A stretch of DNA of 64,000 bases, from the NCBI GenBank assembly GCA_964510085.1, contig CAZEAB010000002.1, positions 35,567-99,566 on the forward strand. Reading direction: 5' to 3'. This document shows positions 39,377 through 48,391 of the stretch, piece after piece. The translations under genes and the position numbers were made by a program. The stretch's first letter is position 1. Every line of letters starts with the position of its first letter. Origin of the DNA: an uncultured Methanosarcinales archaeon. GTDB lineage: Archaea > Nanobdellota > Nanobdellia > Woesearchaeales > GW2011-AR9. The notes below the pieces were generated by a model. It did no database searches, was not told where the DNA came from, and was given only the letters and a program-made list of their open reading frames with translations.

Positions 39377-39940
39377 ATGATAGACTTCAATAAACTAGAA
39401 ACAAAATTCAAAGAATATGATTCATTGAGAGAACTGCTTATTAAGAAAAGTAGAGACGTTCTTAAACTAAGTAAACAACTCATTTATGCAGTACATAGAG
39501 ACGAATTAGACTCTGCTACTGAACTTTTACAAGAAATAGAAGAACAAAGAAAAGAACTAAATGTAATTGCCATTAAACAACCAAAACTGGTTTTTGAAGG
39601 AAGTTATAAAGTAGCAATACAAGAGTATGCTGAAGCAGTATTATACTACAATTTTGTTAAAACTGGAGAATTAGTAGCAATTGAAGGAATTTCTCACGAA
39701 CATTTCATTCTTGGTTTAGCAGATTTACCTGGAGAATTAGTCCGAAAAGCAGTATTTCTAGCAGGAAAAGGCGAAGTTGAAAAAGTAAGTAAGATCCGTG
39801 ATGCTGTTGACATGATTTATGGAAAATTATTAACATTTGACTTCCGTGATAATGAAATTAGACGTAAAGTAGATGCAGTAAAATACGACTTACGGAAGTT
39901 AGAAGATCTTGTTCTAGACTTGAAGTTAAAAGGACGTTAA
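39377..39940 (+). CDS. Translin/Trax family protein
   Basis: RE.LIK.SRD..KLSK..IYAVHR, QEYAEA, LGLADLPGELVR, RRK.D..KY. Confidence 0.9.
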   Translation: MIDFNKLETKFKEYDSLRELLIKKSRDVLKLSKQLIYAVHRDELDSATELLQEIEEQRKELNVIAIKQPKLVFEGSYKVAIQEYAEAVLYYNFVKTGELVAIEGISHEHFILGLADLPGELVRKAVFLAGKGEVEKVSKIRDAVDMIYGKLLTFDFRDNEIRRKVDAVKYDLRKLEDLVLDLKLKGR

Positions 39941-40182
39941 AACCAGTTATCAGAAGTATCAAAATAAATTTTCTTACCGTCTTTTTCCAACATTAATAAG
40001 TTTTTATCATTAATTTTAGTAAAATATTCAATCTTACCTTTATACTCACAAGACATAAATTGAGGATGAGAGTCTACTGTATCACAAAATCTTGGTTTAT
40101 CGGAACAAGCGTAAAGTGAAGCAGCTAATCCAATTCCTACTCCTATTTTTACAAATTTATCAGCTAAACTATTTTTATTCAT
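39937..40182 (-). CDS. Small putative lipoprotein
   Basis: Hydrophobic N-region ending LYAC; 2-nt gap after the M23 gene. Confidence 0.55.
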   Translation of the reverse strand: MNKNSLADKFVKIGVGIGLAASLYACSDKPRFCDTVDSHPQFMSCEYKGKIEYFTKINDKNLLMLEKDGKKIYFDTSDNWF

Positions 40183-40184
40183 TT

Positions 40185-40976
40185 TTACTTCTCTTTTGGC
40201 ATAATACCATAATCAATCACTTGACCTAAATCAAATAATTCCCAATTTCCATTTTGTTGAACATATCCAACCATGTGTAAATGTGAGTTTTTCACATTTT
40301 CGTTAGCTAAATTTCCAGTCATTCCAACTGTTCCAATTTGAGCTTCTTGTGAAACTTTAATGGGTACATTAACAGAATGAGGATTTTTATCATTCATCTT
40401 AGAACCAATCGATGCTTTTATCTTATCTGATAAATCTTCATCAAATGTTCCTAAGTGAGCATATTTTGTTCGAATTTTAGTGCCATTTACATCATGTTCT
40501 ATGACCACATAATTTCCATATTTCCCATTATCTGTATTTGAATATTCAAAAGTTCCGTCTTCATTTTTCTTGAAACCTCCTTGAACTTCTACCACAATTC
40601 CTTCTAATGGGTTATATACTTCTGTACCTGGTTTAACCATAAAATCAGTTCCATCATGTAATTTTGCTTGTACTTTTCCAAAAAGATGAGGTTTACCTGG
40701 TACATTGCACCCTCCTATAGTTTTAACTCTTCCATAACCAAAAGTTCCCGTTCGTTCAACTACATCTAATTCTCCTTTAAGTGGATTTGTTGCAGTTGAT
40801 TTATATTGTCTAATAACTTGCTCATCTAATGATGCATGTTGTTCTGGTTCTTTAACTTCAACACCTTGATTACAAATTTCGTCTCTAAATATATAACCAA
40901 TACCTAATGCAGCAGCTCCACCAACAGCTCCCATCTTAAACATACTCTTCAATAAATCTCGTCTTGTTTGTTCCAT
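40185..40976 (-). CDS. M23-family metallopeptidase with twin-arginine signal
   Basis: TRRDLLK plus hydrophobic helix; HDGTDF, YGNYVVIEH, YAHL, IG.VG.TG, HLH. Confidence 0.88.
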   Translation of the reverse strand: MEQTRRDLLKSMFKMGAVGGAAALGIGYIFRDEICNQGVEVKEPEQHASLDEQVIRQYKSTATNPLKGELDVVERTGTFGYGRVKTIGGCNVPGKPHLFGKVQAKLHDGTDFMVKPGTEVYNPLEGIVVEVQGGFKKNEDGTFEYSNTDNGKYGNYVVIEHDVNGTKIRTKYAHLGTFDEDLSDKIKASIGSKMNDKNPHSVNVPIKVSQEAQIGTVGMTGNLANENVKNSHLHMVGYVQQNGNWELFDLGQVIDYGIMPKEK

Positions 40977-41086
40977 TTTAGATCTTATTTATTATAAGAA
41001 TAATATTGTATATAAACCTTTCGGTTTTTACTACTCTTCAGTCACAAACCAAAACATTTATATACTAGTAAATCCCCTAATATACT

Positions 41087-41686
41087 ATGAAAATTCTCGC
41101 ATTATCAGACGTACATTCAGACCGAACGTTCATCAAAAAAATGGCAGAAAGAGGAGCCAAAGAGAACGTAGATCTTGTTATTCTAGCAGGAGATATATTT
41201 GATTTTGATCAACCTGTAAAAGGAATGGTTCAACCATTTAAAGATGCAGGATTAGAAGTAGCTCTTATACCCGGAAATCATGAAGGATTAGCAGAAATTA
41301 ACGCTCTGGCAGAGAAATATCAGGCAAAGAATCTTCACGGATATGTTATTCAAAAAGGAGATGTAGGAATCTTCGGATGTGGTTATGCTGACGTAGGAAT
41401 GCATCAATTAACGGAAGAACAATTCTTTAACACATTAAAAACAGCACACGATTCTCTTAAAGATGTAAAGAAGAAAGTAATGGTAACACACATCCAACCA
41501 AATGACAGTATAATCGGATTAAAACACCCAGTGTGGGGATCTTCAGGAGTTCGTAAAGCAATTGAAGAATTCAAACCAGATATCCACATATGTGGCCATA
41601 TACACGAAACACATGGGATTGAAGAAATGATTGGTAATACTAAAGTTATTAACGTCGGTAAAACCGGTCGTATTATTGAATTGTAA
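41087..41686 (+). CDS. Calcineurin-like metallophosphoesterase
   Basis: SDVH, AGD, PGNHE, VTH, CGHIHE. Confidence 0.92.
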   Translation: MKILALSDVHSDRTFIKKMAERGAKENVDLVILAGDIFDFDQPVKGMVQPFKDAGLEVALIPGNHEGLAEINALAEKYQAKNLHGYVIQKGDVGIFGCGYADVGMHQLTEEQFFNTLKTAHDSLKDVKKKVMVTHIQPNDSIIGLKHPVWGSSGVRKAIEEFKPDIHICGHIHETHGIEEMIGNTKVINVGKTGRIIEL

Positions 41687-41718
41687 AGTTTATATACTAC
41701 TTCTCACTACAAACCCAC

Positions 41719-41841
41719 ATGCTAACACATTGCCCAGATTGCAAACAGAACTTACATGAAGGCCAACATAAATACCCAGATGGAATGTTCATGGTAAAAT
41801 ATTGTAAGAAATGTGGTTTTCGAACAGAAAGAGGAATATAG
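41719..41841 (+). CDS. 40-aa Zn-ribbon microprotein (not in ORF track)
   Basis: MLTHCPDCKQNLHEGQHKYPDGMFMVKYCKKCGFRTERGI*; TTTATATA upstream; stop abuts next ATG. Confidence 0.75.
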   Translation: MLTHCPDCKQNLHEGQHKYPDGMFMVKYCKKCGFRTERGI

Positions 41842-42117
41842 ATGGGAAATCCTTTCTTAATACAAGCTTGTTTACGAATACCTATTCCTACCTCTCTAAA
41901 CAAAGACACTATTTATAATTTTGAAAAAGAAGGTCATAGAATTTACCAAATAAATGTTCCAATGGACCTTAGAGCCGAGAATTGGGATTTCATTGCTAGA
42001 ATTGTAGTAACAGAATTTACTGTTGGCAATAATAAAACTACTGGTAAATTTAAAGTTGTAAAAGAATTTTCTGAAGAAGAAAGAAAAATTATTACAAAAA
42101 CATATGTCAAGTACTAA
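41842..42117 (+). CDS. DUF2584-like small protein
   Basis: MG.P, KEG.RIY....P.DL...NW, TTG.F pattern. Confidence 0.6.
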   Translation: MGNPFLIQACLRIPIPTSLNKDTIYNFEKEGHRIYQINVPMDLRAENWDFIARIVVTEFTVGNNKTTGKFKVVKEFSEEERKIITKTYVKY

Positions 42118-42195
42118 TGTAGTGGTTAACTCAAATTTTAAAATAATCAATCCTCATTTTAAAGACGAAACATTTAAATAAATGTAGTGGTTAAC
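42116..42195 (+). repeat. 15-bp direct repeat flanking the fic promoter
   Basis: AATGTAGTGGTTAAC at 42116-42130 and 42181-42195. Confidence 0.8.
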
Positions 42196-42202
42196 ATAAT
42201 AA

Positions 42203-43123
42203 ATGGTTAGCATACTCACTAAAAAAATAAAGAATAATGACTATCTCTACTTAGTTACATCTATCCGGAAAGGAAAAAAAATACAACAAAAAACAATCAA
42301 ATATATTGGAAAAAAGAGACCCATACCCAAAGAAGAATTTACATGCATGGAACTTTCTTACGAAAACAAAGATTGGATTCTTAATGAGATGTGCGATAAA
42401 CTTTCTTATACAAAGCACGAAGATCTAAAAGTGGCATCTAACAACTATAAAAAATACTTTTTAACCTTATCAAAAACAGCAAAAGAAAAGGAAGAAGAGA
42501 AATTCCTTGGCAAATTTATTGCTAATAGTAATGCATTGGAAGGCTCTACATTAACTGCAAAAGAAACAACAGATTTTCTATTTAATGATATTGTTCCATT
42601 ACATCACTCTAAAAAAGAATTGTACATGGCTACTAATATGTTAGAAGCATGGAATTATATAAAATCTAACTACAAAAAATTTCCTACTCATAAAGACTTA
42701 AAAGAATTACATGAAAGGGTAAATCGAAACATTGAAACGGAAGATTCTCTTGGAAAATACAAAAAAGTACAGAATTATATTGGGGATATTCACACCACCT
42801 CTTTCTTATTTGTAGAAGAGAAAATGGAACAACTTTTACAATGGATAAAAGACGCTTTTCGAAAAATAAACGATTTTGAAGTTGCTTTTCAGTCTCATGC
42901 TCAGTTTGAGATAATTCATCCTTTCATTGATGGGAATGGACGAGTTGGCAGAATTTTAATAAACTGGATATTACTACATAAAAATCTTCAACCTCTAGCA
43001 ATCCCAATAAAAAAGAAAGCCGAATACATTATTGCTCTAGAAAATTCTCGTAGAGAAAAAGTTGAAGCTATTAGTGAATTTTGTTACAAAAGTTACCTTG
43101 AACAATATAGCTTTATGAACTAA
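42203..43123 (+). CDS. Fic-domain protein
   Basis: SNALEG, HPFIDGNGRVGR; basic N-terminal YLYLV.S.R.GKK....KYIG extension. Confidence 0.93.
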   Translation: MVSILTKKIKNNDYLYLVTSIRKGKKIQQKTIKYIGKKRPIPKEEFTCMELSYENKDWILNEMCDKLSYTKHEDLKVASNNYKKYFLTLSKTAKEKEEEKFLGKFIANSNALEGSTLTAKETTDFLFNDIVPLHHSKKELYMATNMLEAWNYIKSNYKKFPTHKDLKELHERVNRNIETEDSLGKYKKVQNYIGDIHTTSFLFVEEKMEQLLQWIKDAFRKINDFEVAFQSHAQFEIIHPFIDGNGRVGRILINWILLHKNLQPLAIPIKKKAEYIIALENSRREKVEAISEFCYKSYLEQYSFMN

Positions 43124-43186
43124 ATTTAATCTCATCCGCTACATCACGGCCTTTTACAAAAGCTCGAACAAAAGAAATAAAATTAA

Positions 43187-44527
43187 TCACATGCCAGGAA
43201 TTCTTCCTTTCATCTTCTTCATCATTTTATTCATGTCCTTCTCGCCTTTAAACATTTTCATCATTTTCTTACTCTGACGATACTGCTTAAGCAACTCACG
43301 AATCTGACCAACACCTAATCCAGAACCAGACGCAATTCTATCAATTCTCTCAGCATTAATAACATCGGGCTCTTCCAATTCCTGTTGAGTCATACTATCC
43401 ATAGCAAATTTCCATTTTCCTAACTTCTCTTCCTGGACATTCAACATATCTTTTGGCATCTTTAATTGACCCATACCGGGAATCATTTCCATAATCTTAC
43501 CAAAAGAACCCATCTTCTTCATAGCACTCATCTGCTCATATAAATCAACTAAATTAAAATCACCCTTCAAAAATTTCTCCTGCATATCAGCAGCAGATTC
43601 CTCACTAATTACCTCTTTAGCCTTCTCAAGTAATGTCTCAATATCCCCCATACCTAACAATCTACCAACAAATCGTTCCGGATGGAAGACTTCTAAATCC
43701 TCAACCTTTTCACCAATTCCAATAAACGAAATTTTTGCGTCAGTAACAGCACATGCAGATAACGCACCACCACCTTTAGCCGTCCCCTCTAATTTTGTAA
43801 CAACAACACCAGTAACACCACACGTATCGTGAAATGCCTGTGCTTGCTTCTGAGCTGCCTGACCAATGTCGGCAGAAATAACTAACAACTTTTCATCAGC
43901 TTGTACAGCATTATGTATTTGTGTTAATTCATCAATTAACTCATCTGATAACGCATCTCTTCCAGCTGTATCTACAATAACTACATCATACCCTGGCAAT
44001 TTATCTTCAAAAGCTGCATAAATTGAAACAGGGTCTTTCTCTCCTTTAATACCCAAGAAATCAACACCAACGGACTCAGCCAACATCTTCAATTGGTCAT
44101 ATGCAGCAGGCCTCCATGTGTCAGTAGCCATTACCGCAACTTTAAATCCACGCTTTTTGTAATACTTTGCTAATTTCCCAGTAGTTGTTGTCTTACCACT
44201 TCCAAACAAACCAACCATCATAATCTTCGTCGGCTTCTTTTCAACCTTAATCTCATACGCTTCCTTCCCTAAGAAATTTGTCAATTCTTCATATACAATC
44301 TTAACCAAATATTCTCGTTGTGTAATCCCGGTAGGAGATTTTTCCTTAGCTCGTTCTTTTATCTTAGAAGTTAACTCAAACACCAGTTTAACATTCGTAT
44401 CTGACTGCAATAGTGCTCTTTGAATATCTTTAACAAGTTCATTAATCAGCTTTTCATCTACAAAAACCGACTTCGTAATCTTCTGTAACGTGTTCTTTAA
44501 CGAATCACCGAGCTTGTCAAGTACCAT
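43187..44527 (-). CDS. srp54: Signal recognition particle protein SRP54
   Basis: G..GSGKTTT, DT.RPAA, DTAGR, TKL.G.AKGGGALS, LLGMGD, Met-rich M domain. Confidence 0.98.
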   Translation of the reverse strand: MVLDKLGDSLKNTLQKITKSVFVDEKLINELVKDIQRALLQSDTNVKLVFELTSKIKERAKEKSPTGITQREYLVKIVYEELTNFLGKEAYEIKVEKKPTKIMMVGLFGSGKTTTTGKLAKYYKKRGFKVAVMATDTWRPAAYDQLKMLAESVGVDFLGIKGEKDPVSIYAAFEDKLPGYDVVIVDTAGRDALSDELIDELTQIHNAVQADEKLLVISADIGQAAQKQAQAFHDTCGVTGVVVTKLEGTAKGGGALSACAVTDAKISFIGIGEKVEDLEVFHPERFVGRLLGMGDIETLLEKAKEVISEESAADMQEKFLKGDFNLVDLYEQMSAMKKMGSFGKIMEMIPGMGQLKMPKDMLNVQEEKLGKWKFAMDSMTQQELEEPDVINAERIDRIASGSGLGVGQIRELLKQYRQSKKMMKMFKGEKDMNKMMKKMKGRIPGM

Positions 44528-44624
44528 TGTTGTATAAGAATATAGACGCTATTTAAATGTTATCCTAAATAAAGAGAATACTTTATTTAGATCTTAAAAA
44601 AGCATTTTTTTATGATTTATTGAT

Positions 44625-45296
44625 TTATACCCTAAGCGCATGCGGAAATAATCTAATATATTCGGAACCAGAAAGTCCAGTAGCCCTCATAACATCTTCA
44701 ACAGGAATATTAATCTTTGGCAAACCTAAAACGCCAGCCAAATCTCGTTGTTTAATACTTCTTCGCAAGATTAATTCATCAACAGAAGCCCCATAATTTG
44801 CGGCTGTTTCCTGAATTCCATTATCAGCCATCTCATCAAGAATCACATCTCGTCTTGGTAGTCTATCTTCTAACGAAAAAGGTTCAGATGCTCCATTACC
44901 CTTCACACCATCTTGTTTCTTAGCAGATTTCTTTTTTCTTCTTCTAGATTTCTTTTTAGGTTTGTTCCCAGAAATTTCATACGTATCTCGTAGAAATCCT
45001 TCCGGAACATGATATTTTAAACAAACTTCTTGAATTCCTTCATTTTCAATCTCTGCCAAAATTCGTGGACCTTCTTCCTGAATTTGAGCATATGTCTTAA
45101 TACCTAATGTTCTCTTCATACCTCTTGGTGACATCTGATATTTGAATAAAGCGGTAGCAGCACAATACCTCTCCAATAATGCTTCAACATCTTCTTTAGG
45201 ATCTTCAGAAAATGTTGGAGGCCGTGAGTAGAAAGTGTTATGATACTCACTCATATCTAAACGAAAGCTCTGTACTTGTTCATCTCTTATTGCCAT
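44625..45296 (-). CDS. Hypothetical protein with internal repeat and basic linker
   Basis: ILAEIENEGIQEV..KY and ILDEMADNGIQET..NY around KPKKKSRRRKKK. Confidence 0.6.
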   Translation of the reverse strand: MAIRDEQVQSFRLDMSEYHNTFYSRPPTFSEDPKEDVEALLERYCAATALFKYQMSPRGMKRTLGIKTYAQIQEEGPRILAEIENEGIQEVCLKYHVPEGFLRDTYEISGNKPKKKSRRRKKKSAKKQDGVKGNGASEPFSLEDRLPRRDVILDEMADNGIQETAANYGASVDELILRRSIKQRDLAGVLGLPKINIPVEDVMRATGLSGSEYIRLFPHALRV

Positions 45297-45349
45297 AATA
45301 ACCTAAAAATAACCACCTTATAAAAAGATTATCACCAAAAAGTGAGGAA

Positions 45350-45730
45350 TTAAAAAAATATTAAAATAAACTGTACTATCACAACAATAAAACTACCTAT
45401 ATGAAGATTACTTGTTAATTTTTTGCCAATTGGAATACCCATGTACTGCAACTGTTCATGAATATACGCATGTCCAACATTCTTCTCATCATCTCGAGCA
45501 TATCCACGTAAATCCTGCATCCAAGTAGTTAACGGACAAATTGAAGCAACCTTCCCAAACACAACAATCCCCCACATAACTTGCGTTCCTACTAATAAAA
45601 CAGCCCACCAAAATTGAAACACCATTCTCTCCGGCCATACTGATGTAGGAATAAGAAACCATGCCCACCATATGAAAAAGAATGGAGAATGTACAAGGTG
45701 TAAGATATTTAGTTTAGTTATTTTCTTCAT
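45350..45730 (-). CDS. DUF2784-like membrane protein
   Basis: N-terminal His helix, CPLT.W...LR motif. Confidence 0.65.
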   Translation of the reverse strand: MKKITKLNILHLVHSPFFFIWWAWFLIPTSVWPERMVFQFWWAVLLVGTQVMWGIVVFGKVASICPLTTWMQDLRGYARDDEKNVGHAYIHEQLQYMGIPIGKKLTSNLHIGSFIVVIVQFILIFF

Positions 45731-45781
45731 TTGAGTAAAATTAGCATGATTTATTATAAATATTCTTGAAGGAAATAATCA

Positions 45782-45894
45782 CTTCAGAAAGAAATACTTT
45801 TGTATGTTAGGGGCCCTGTCGTAGACGAGCCAGGTACTTCAAGGAAGTACGATCCTGGCGTGCCCCAATAATACAAAGTAATATGTTTCTGAAG
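45782..45894 (+). ncRNA. Unassigned long-hairpin RNA next to tRNA-Arg(UCG)
   Basis: CTTCAGAAA/TTTCTGAAG, TACTT.TGTAT/ATACAAAGTA, GGGGC/GCCCC, GCCAGG/CCTGGC, TACTTC/GAAGTA; strand uncertain. Confidence 0.6.
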
Positions 45895-45908
45895 AAAGTT
45901 AAAAAATG

Positions 45909-46048
45909 CGGGCCTGCAGGGACAGTCGTTCCCTAGGGAAATTCGAACCCCGATGAGCAGGTTTCATCTTGTATGAAAACCGAAGCCTACCATTTGATAT
46001 CCTTGCAGCATGTACTGACAGGGATGCTATCCATTACATCACAGGCCC
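45909..46048 (-). tRNA. tRNA-Arg(UCG) with three introns (about 24/25, 37/38, 59/60)
   Basis: GGGCCTG-TG-ATGTAATGGATAGCA[32]T-G-GTAGG-CT TCG G[17]A-CCTGC-TCAT-CGGGG-TTCGAA[19]T-CCCTG-CAGGCCC-G; 72 nt mature. Confidence 0.82.
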
Positions 46049-46092
46049 ACAAACAACTAAGAACTTAATTGATTTAAAAAGCTTTCTTATAG

Positions 46093-47046
46093 TTACTCTA
46101 ATAAACGTCTCACAACCATCGTAGCATAACTTCCCTTTCCAAGAACAAAACGTAATTTCACAATATCATCACCCAACTTCTCAACAACTAAATCTTTAAC
46201 ATCAACAAACACATCTCTTAATTCTCCCTCCATACTTAATTCTGGGATTTGTTTAATTATAAAATCTCGATGTGTAATGTTCTCTTTTTTCATAATCTCT
46301 CTTATAATCTCTCTAACGTCTTCAAAAACTAAACTAGAATCAAATCCAACTAATGGAACTTTCTCCCCTACTTTCTCTTTTACAAAAACTAACTTCCCTA
46401 ACTTATACTCAACCTTTTTAACAACATCAAAAGAAGATAAATACCTACTAACACACTCATTCCACAAATAACTTTGATACGCATGCACATAAAACCTCAA
46501 CATTCGCAATGGAATCTTTCTCAAAGCACTAATATAATCATTTTTCACAACAGATAACTCTAACAACTCACACGCTCCCTTAAAATCTTTCTTCACAATC
46601 GCTTTCCCAATCTTCTCATTCTGACCACCAAATCTCTGCTCATCATAATAATTTACAACAAAATCCACTTCTTCAACTTCTCCAGAATAATCTCTCACAA
46701 CAATCTCAAACTTATTACCCTCAAGATCTCCCAACGAAATTGGAATATCTCCAAACCCTTTTAACTTTACAGAAACATTCTCAATATCCAACTTTTCAAT
46801 CTTATCTTTACCAACACTAAAAATGGACATCATCTGCTCTGTGACAGCATGTTTATCTTTTGTACCAGCAAACCCAATTTTCTTTTCGGGAACTCCTACC
46901 TGTCGAGAAATCTGCTTCACAACATCTAACGTATTTCTATTCTTTTTCCGTACAAGAACATATGCATACCTTCCAGACGTAGCAAACTTCACAGTACTAA
47001 TTTCTTTCACAATAAAATCTTCTGGTTTTTGCTTAAGCACATACAT
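46093..47046 (-). CDS. truD: tRNA pseudouridine(13) synthase TruD
   Basis: PEDFIV.E, FAGTKDK.AVT.Q, GDL.GN.F, NYY..QRFG, HAYQS.LWN, GSYAT; start moved to MYVLK. Confidence 0.95.
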   Translation of the reverse strand: MYVLKQKPEDFIVKEISTVKFATSGRYAYVLVRKKNRNTLDVVKQISRQVGVPEKKIGFAGTKDKHAVTEQMMSIFSVGKDKIEKLDIENVSVKLKGFGDIPISLGDLEGNKFEIVVRDYSGEVEEVDFVVNYYDEQRFGGQNEKIGKAIVKKDFKGACELLELSVVKNDYISALRKIPLRMLRFYVHAYQSYLWNECVSRYLSSFDVVKKVEYKLGKLVFVKEKVGEKVPLVGFDSSLVFEDVREIIREIMKKENITHRDFIIKQIPELSMEGELRDVFVDVKDLVVEKLGDDIVKLRFVLGKGSYATMVVRRLLE

Positions 47047-47077
47047 ATTAATCAAAAAACATAGATACAATAAAAAA

Positions 47078-47530
47078 CTATTCCAAAAGATACTCAAAAT
47101 ACACACACTTCACATTCTTAGGATCATCAAAGAACACAACACTCTTACAACTTCTATAAAATTCAAAACCACGACCTTCAGTTTGAAACACTCTGTTTTC
47201 ATTTATTTCAACAGCATTAAATTCCTTCTCTTGACTAATTCCAATCACAAACCCTTTTTTCCCAAACCAAACATGAAACTGAAATGGAAATCCACAATAA
47301 TGGAAAACATTATTACCAGCTTCATTCAAAAAATACGCAACTTCATCACTTTCCTTATAGTGCAACCAATTGTGGTGATCAAAAGTAGTGTTATACCTTA
47401 GATTCAACAAATCAGGTATTGTCCATTTATGTTTATTATACCCCTCTTGATCTTGTATTCGAATAACTTTATACCTATCTAACCCAATTTTCTCAAAACA
47501 AGTACTCAATTTCCTCCCAAAATCAATCAT
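47078..47530 (-). CDS. Hypothetical protein, possibly degenerate GHKL/HATPase fold
   Basis: LNEAGNNVFHY (N-box-like), IGISQEKEF (G1-like without Asp/Gly), EGRG (G2-like). Confidence 0.5.
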   Translation of the reverse strand: MIDFGRKLSTCFEKIGLDRYKVIRIQDQEGYNKHKWTIPDLLNLRYNTTFDHHNWLHYKESDEVAYFLNEAGNNVFHYCGFPFQFHVWFGKKGFVIGISQEKEFNAVEINENRVFQTEGRGFEFYRSCKSVVFFDDPKNVKCVYFEYLLE

Positions 47531-47641
47531 GAAAACAAAATATCTCCAAAATATAAAAGTATTTTGGATGTTACGTCAAATATCCTTTTGACACAACATT
47601 CTTAAACAATAAAAATATTCCTAGTATAAAGGAGTTAATAG

Positions 47642-48391
47642 ATGGTAAAAATCAACTGGGAAACTTTCAAATGTAGCGTATTTTTTGTATTAGGTTTTTC
47701 ACTTATCTTCTCAATTGTGGGGATACTCTTACAAACAATCTTAACAAACGTTGGATATACCGTTCAAACTTGGCTAGGGAGAATAGGGGGGATAGTAATA
47801 ATTTTCTTTGGATTGTATATTGTTGGATTAGTAAAACCAAAATTTCTTGAAAAAGAACATAAGTTAACGGTTAAAAGAAAATTTAAATCATCATATGTGA
47901 CGTCATTTGTATTTGGTGCAGCTTTTGCAATTGGTTGGACACCGTGTGTTACAGCAGCATTAGGTGCAATACTAGCTCTCGCAGCAACAAAAGCATCAAG
48001 TGCATTCATACTTCTGATGGCCTACACATTAGGTTTGGGCATACCATTCTTACTTGTTGGTTTATTTTCAACACAAGCGCAAAAATGGATACAGAAAGGT
48101 GGAAAATGGATTAAGCCACTTCAAATATTTTTTGGCATACTATTAATTTTAATTGGTATTCTCATCTTTGTAAATCAACTAAATAGACTTGCTAACTTGG
48201 AGATTGTAGCTACACTATTTAGTAATGTCTCGCTGTCAGTTGGAGGAGCTGGTGTTATGTCTCTATCTCTATTAAATGTAGGAATTGCATTTTTTGCAGG
48301 ACTGATATCATTCCTAAGCCCGTGCGTCTTACCATTAATCCCCGGATTTTTAGTATACCTCTCCTCAATATCTCTTAAAAATGAAAACTAG
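47642..48391 (+). CDS. CcdA/DsbD-type thiol-disulfide transporter, circularly permuted
   Basis: FVLGFS..F at N-terminus, GWTPC in the middle, Y.LGLGIPF, and AGLISFLSPCVLPLIP at the C-terminus. Confidence 0.88.
   Translation: MVKINWETFKCSVFFVLGFSLIFSIVGILLQTILTNVGYTVQTWLGRIGGIVIIFFGLYIVGLVKPKFLEKEHKLTVKRKFKSSYVTSFVFGAAFAIGWTPCVTAALGAILALAATKASSAFILLMAYTLGLGIPFLLVGLFSTQAQKWIQKGGKWIKPLQIFFGILLILIGILIFVNQLNRLANLEIVATLFSNVSLSVGGAGVMSLSLLNVGIAFFAGLISFLSPCVLPLIPGFLVYLSSISLKNEN

Noticed and set aside
45782..45894. SRP RNA assignment for the hairpin near srp54
   Set aside because: GCCAGG is present but the helix-8 GNRA loop and AGCA strand are not; also too short for archaeal 7S RNA
45995..46030. 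Reading the 45909-46048 tRNA as tRNA-Asp from CT-GTC-A
   Set aside because: That segment lies inside the first intron and has no good anticodon stem; GTAGG/CCTGC around CT-TCG-G gives a proper stem and a 72-nt mature tRNA with Arg-like A20 and G73
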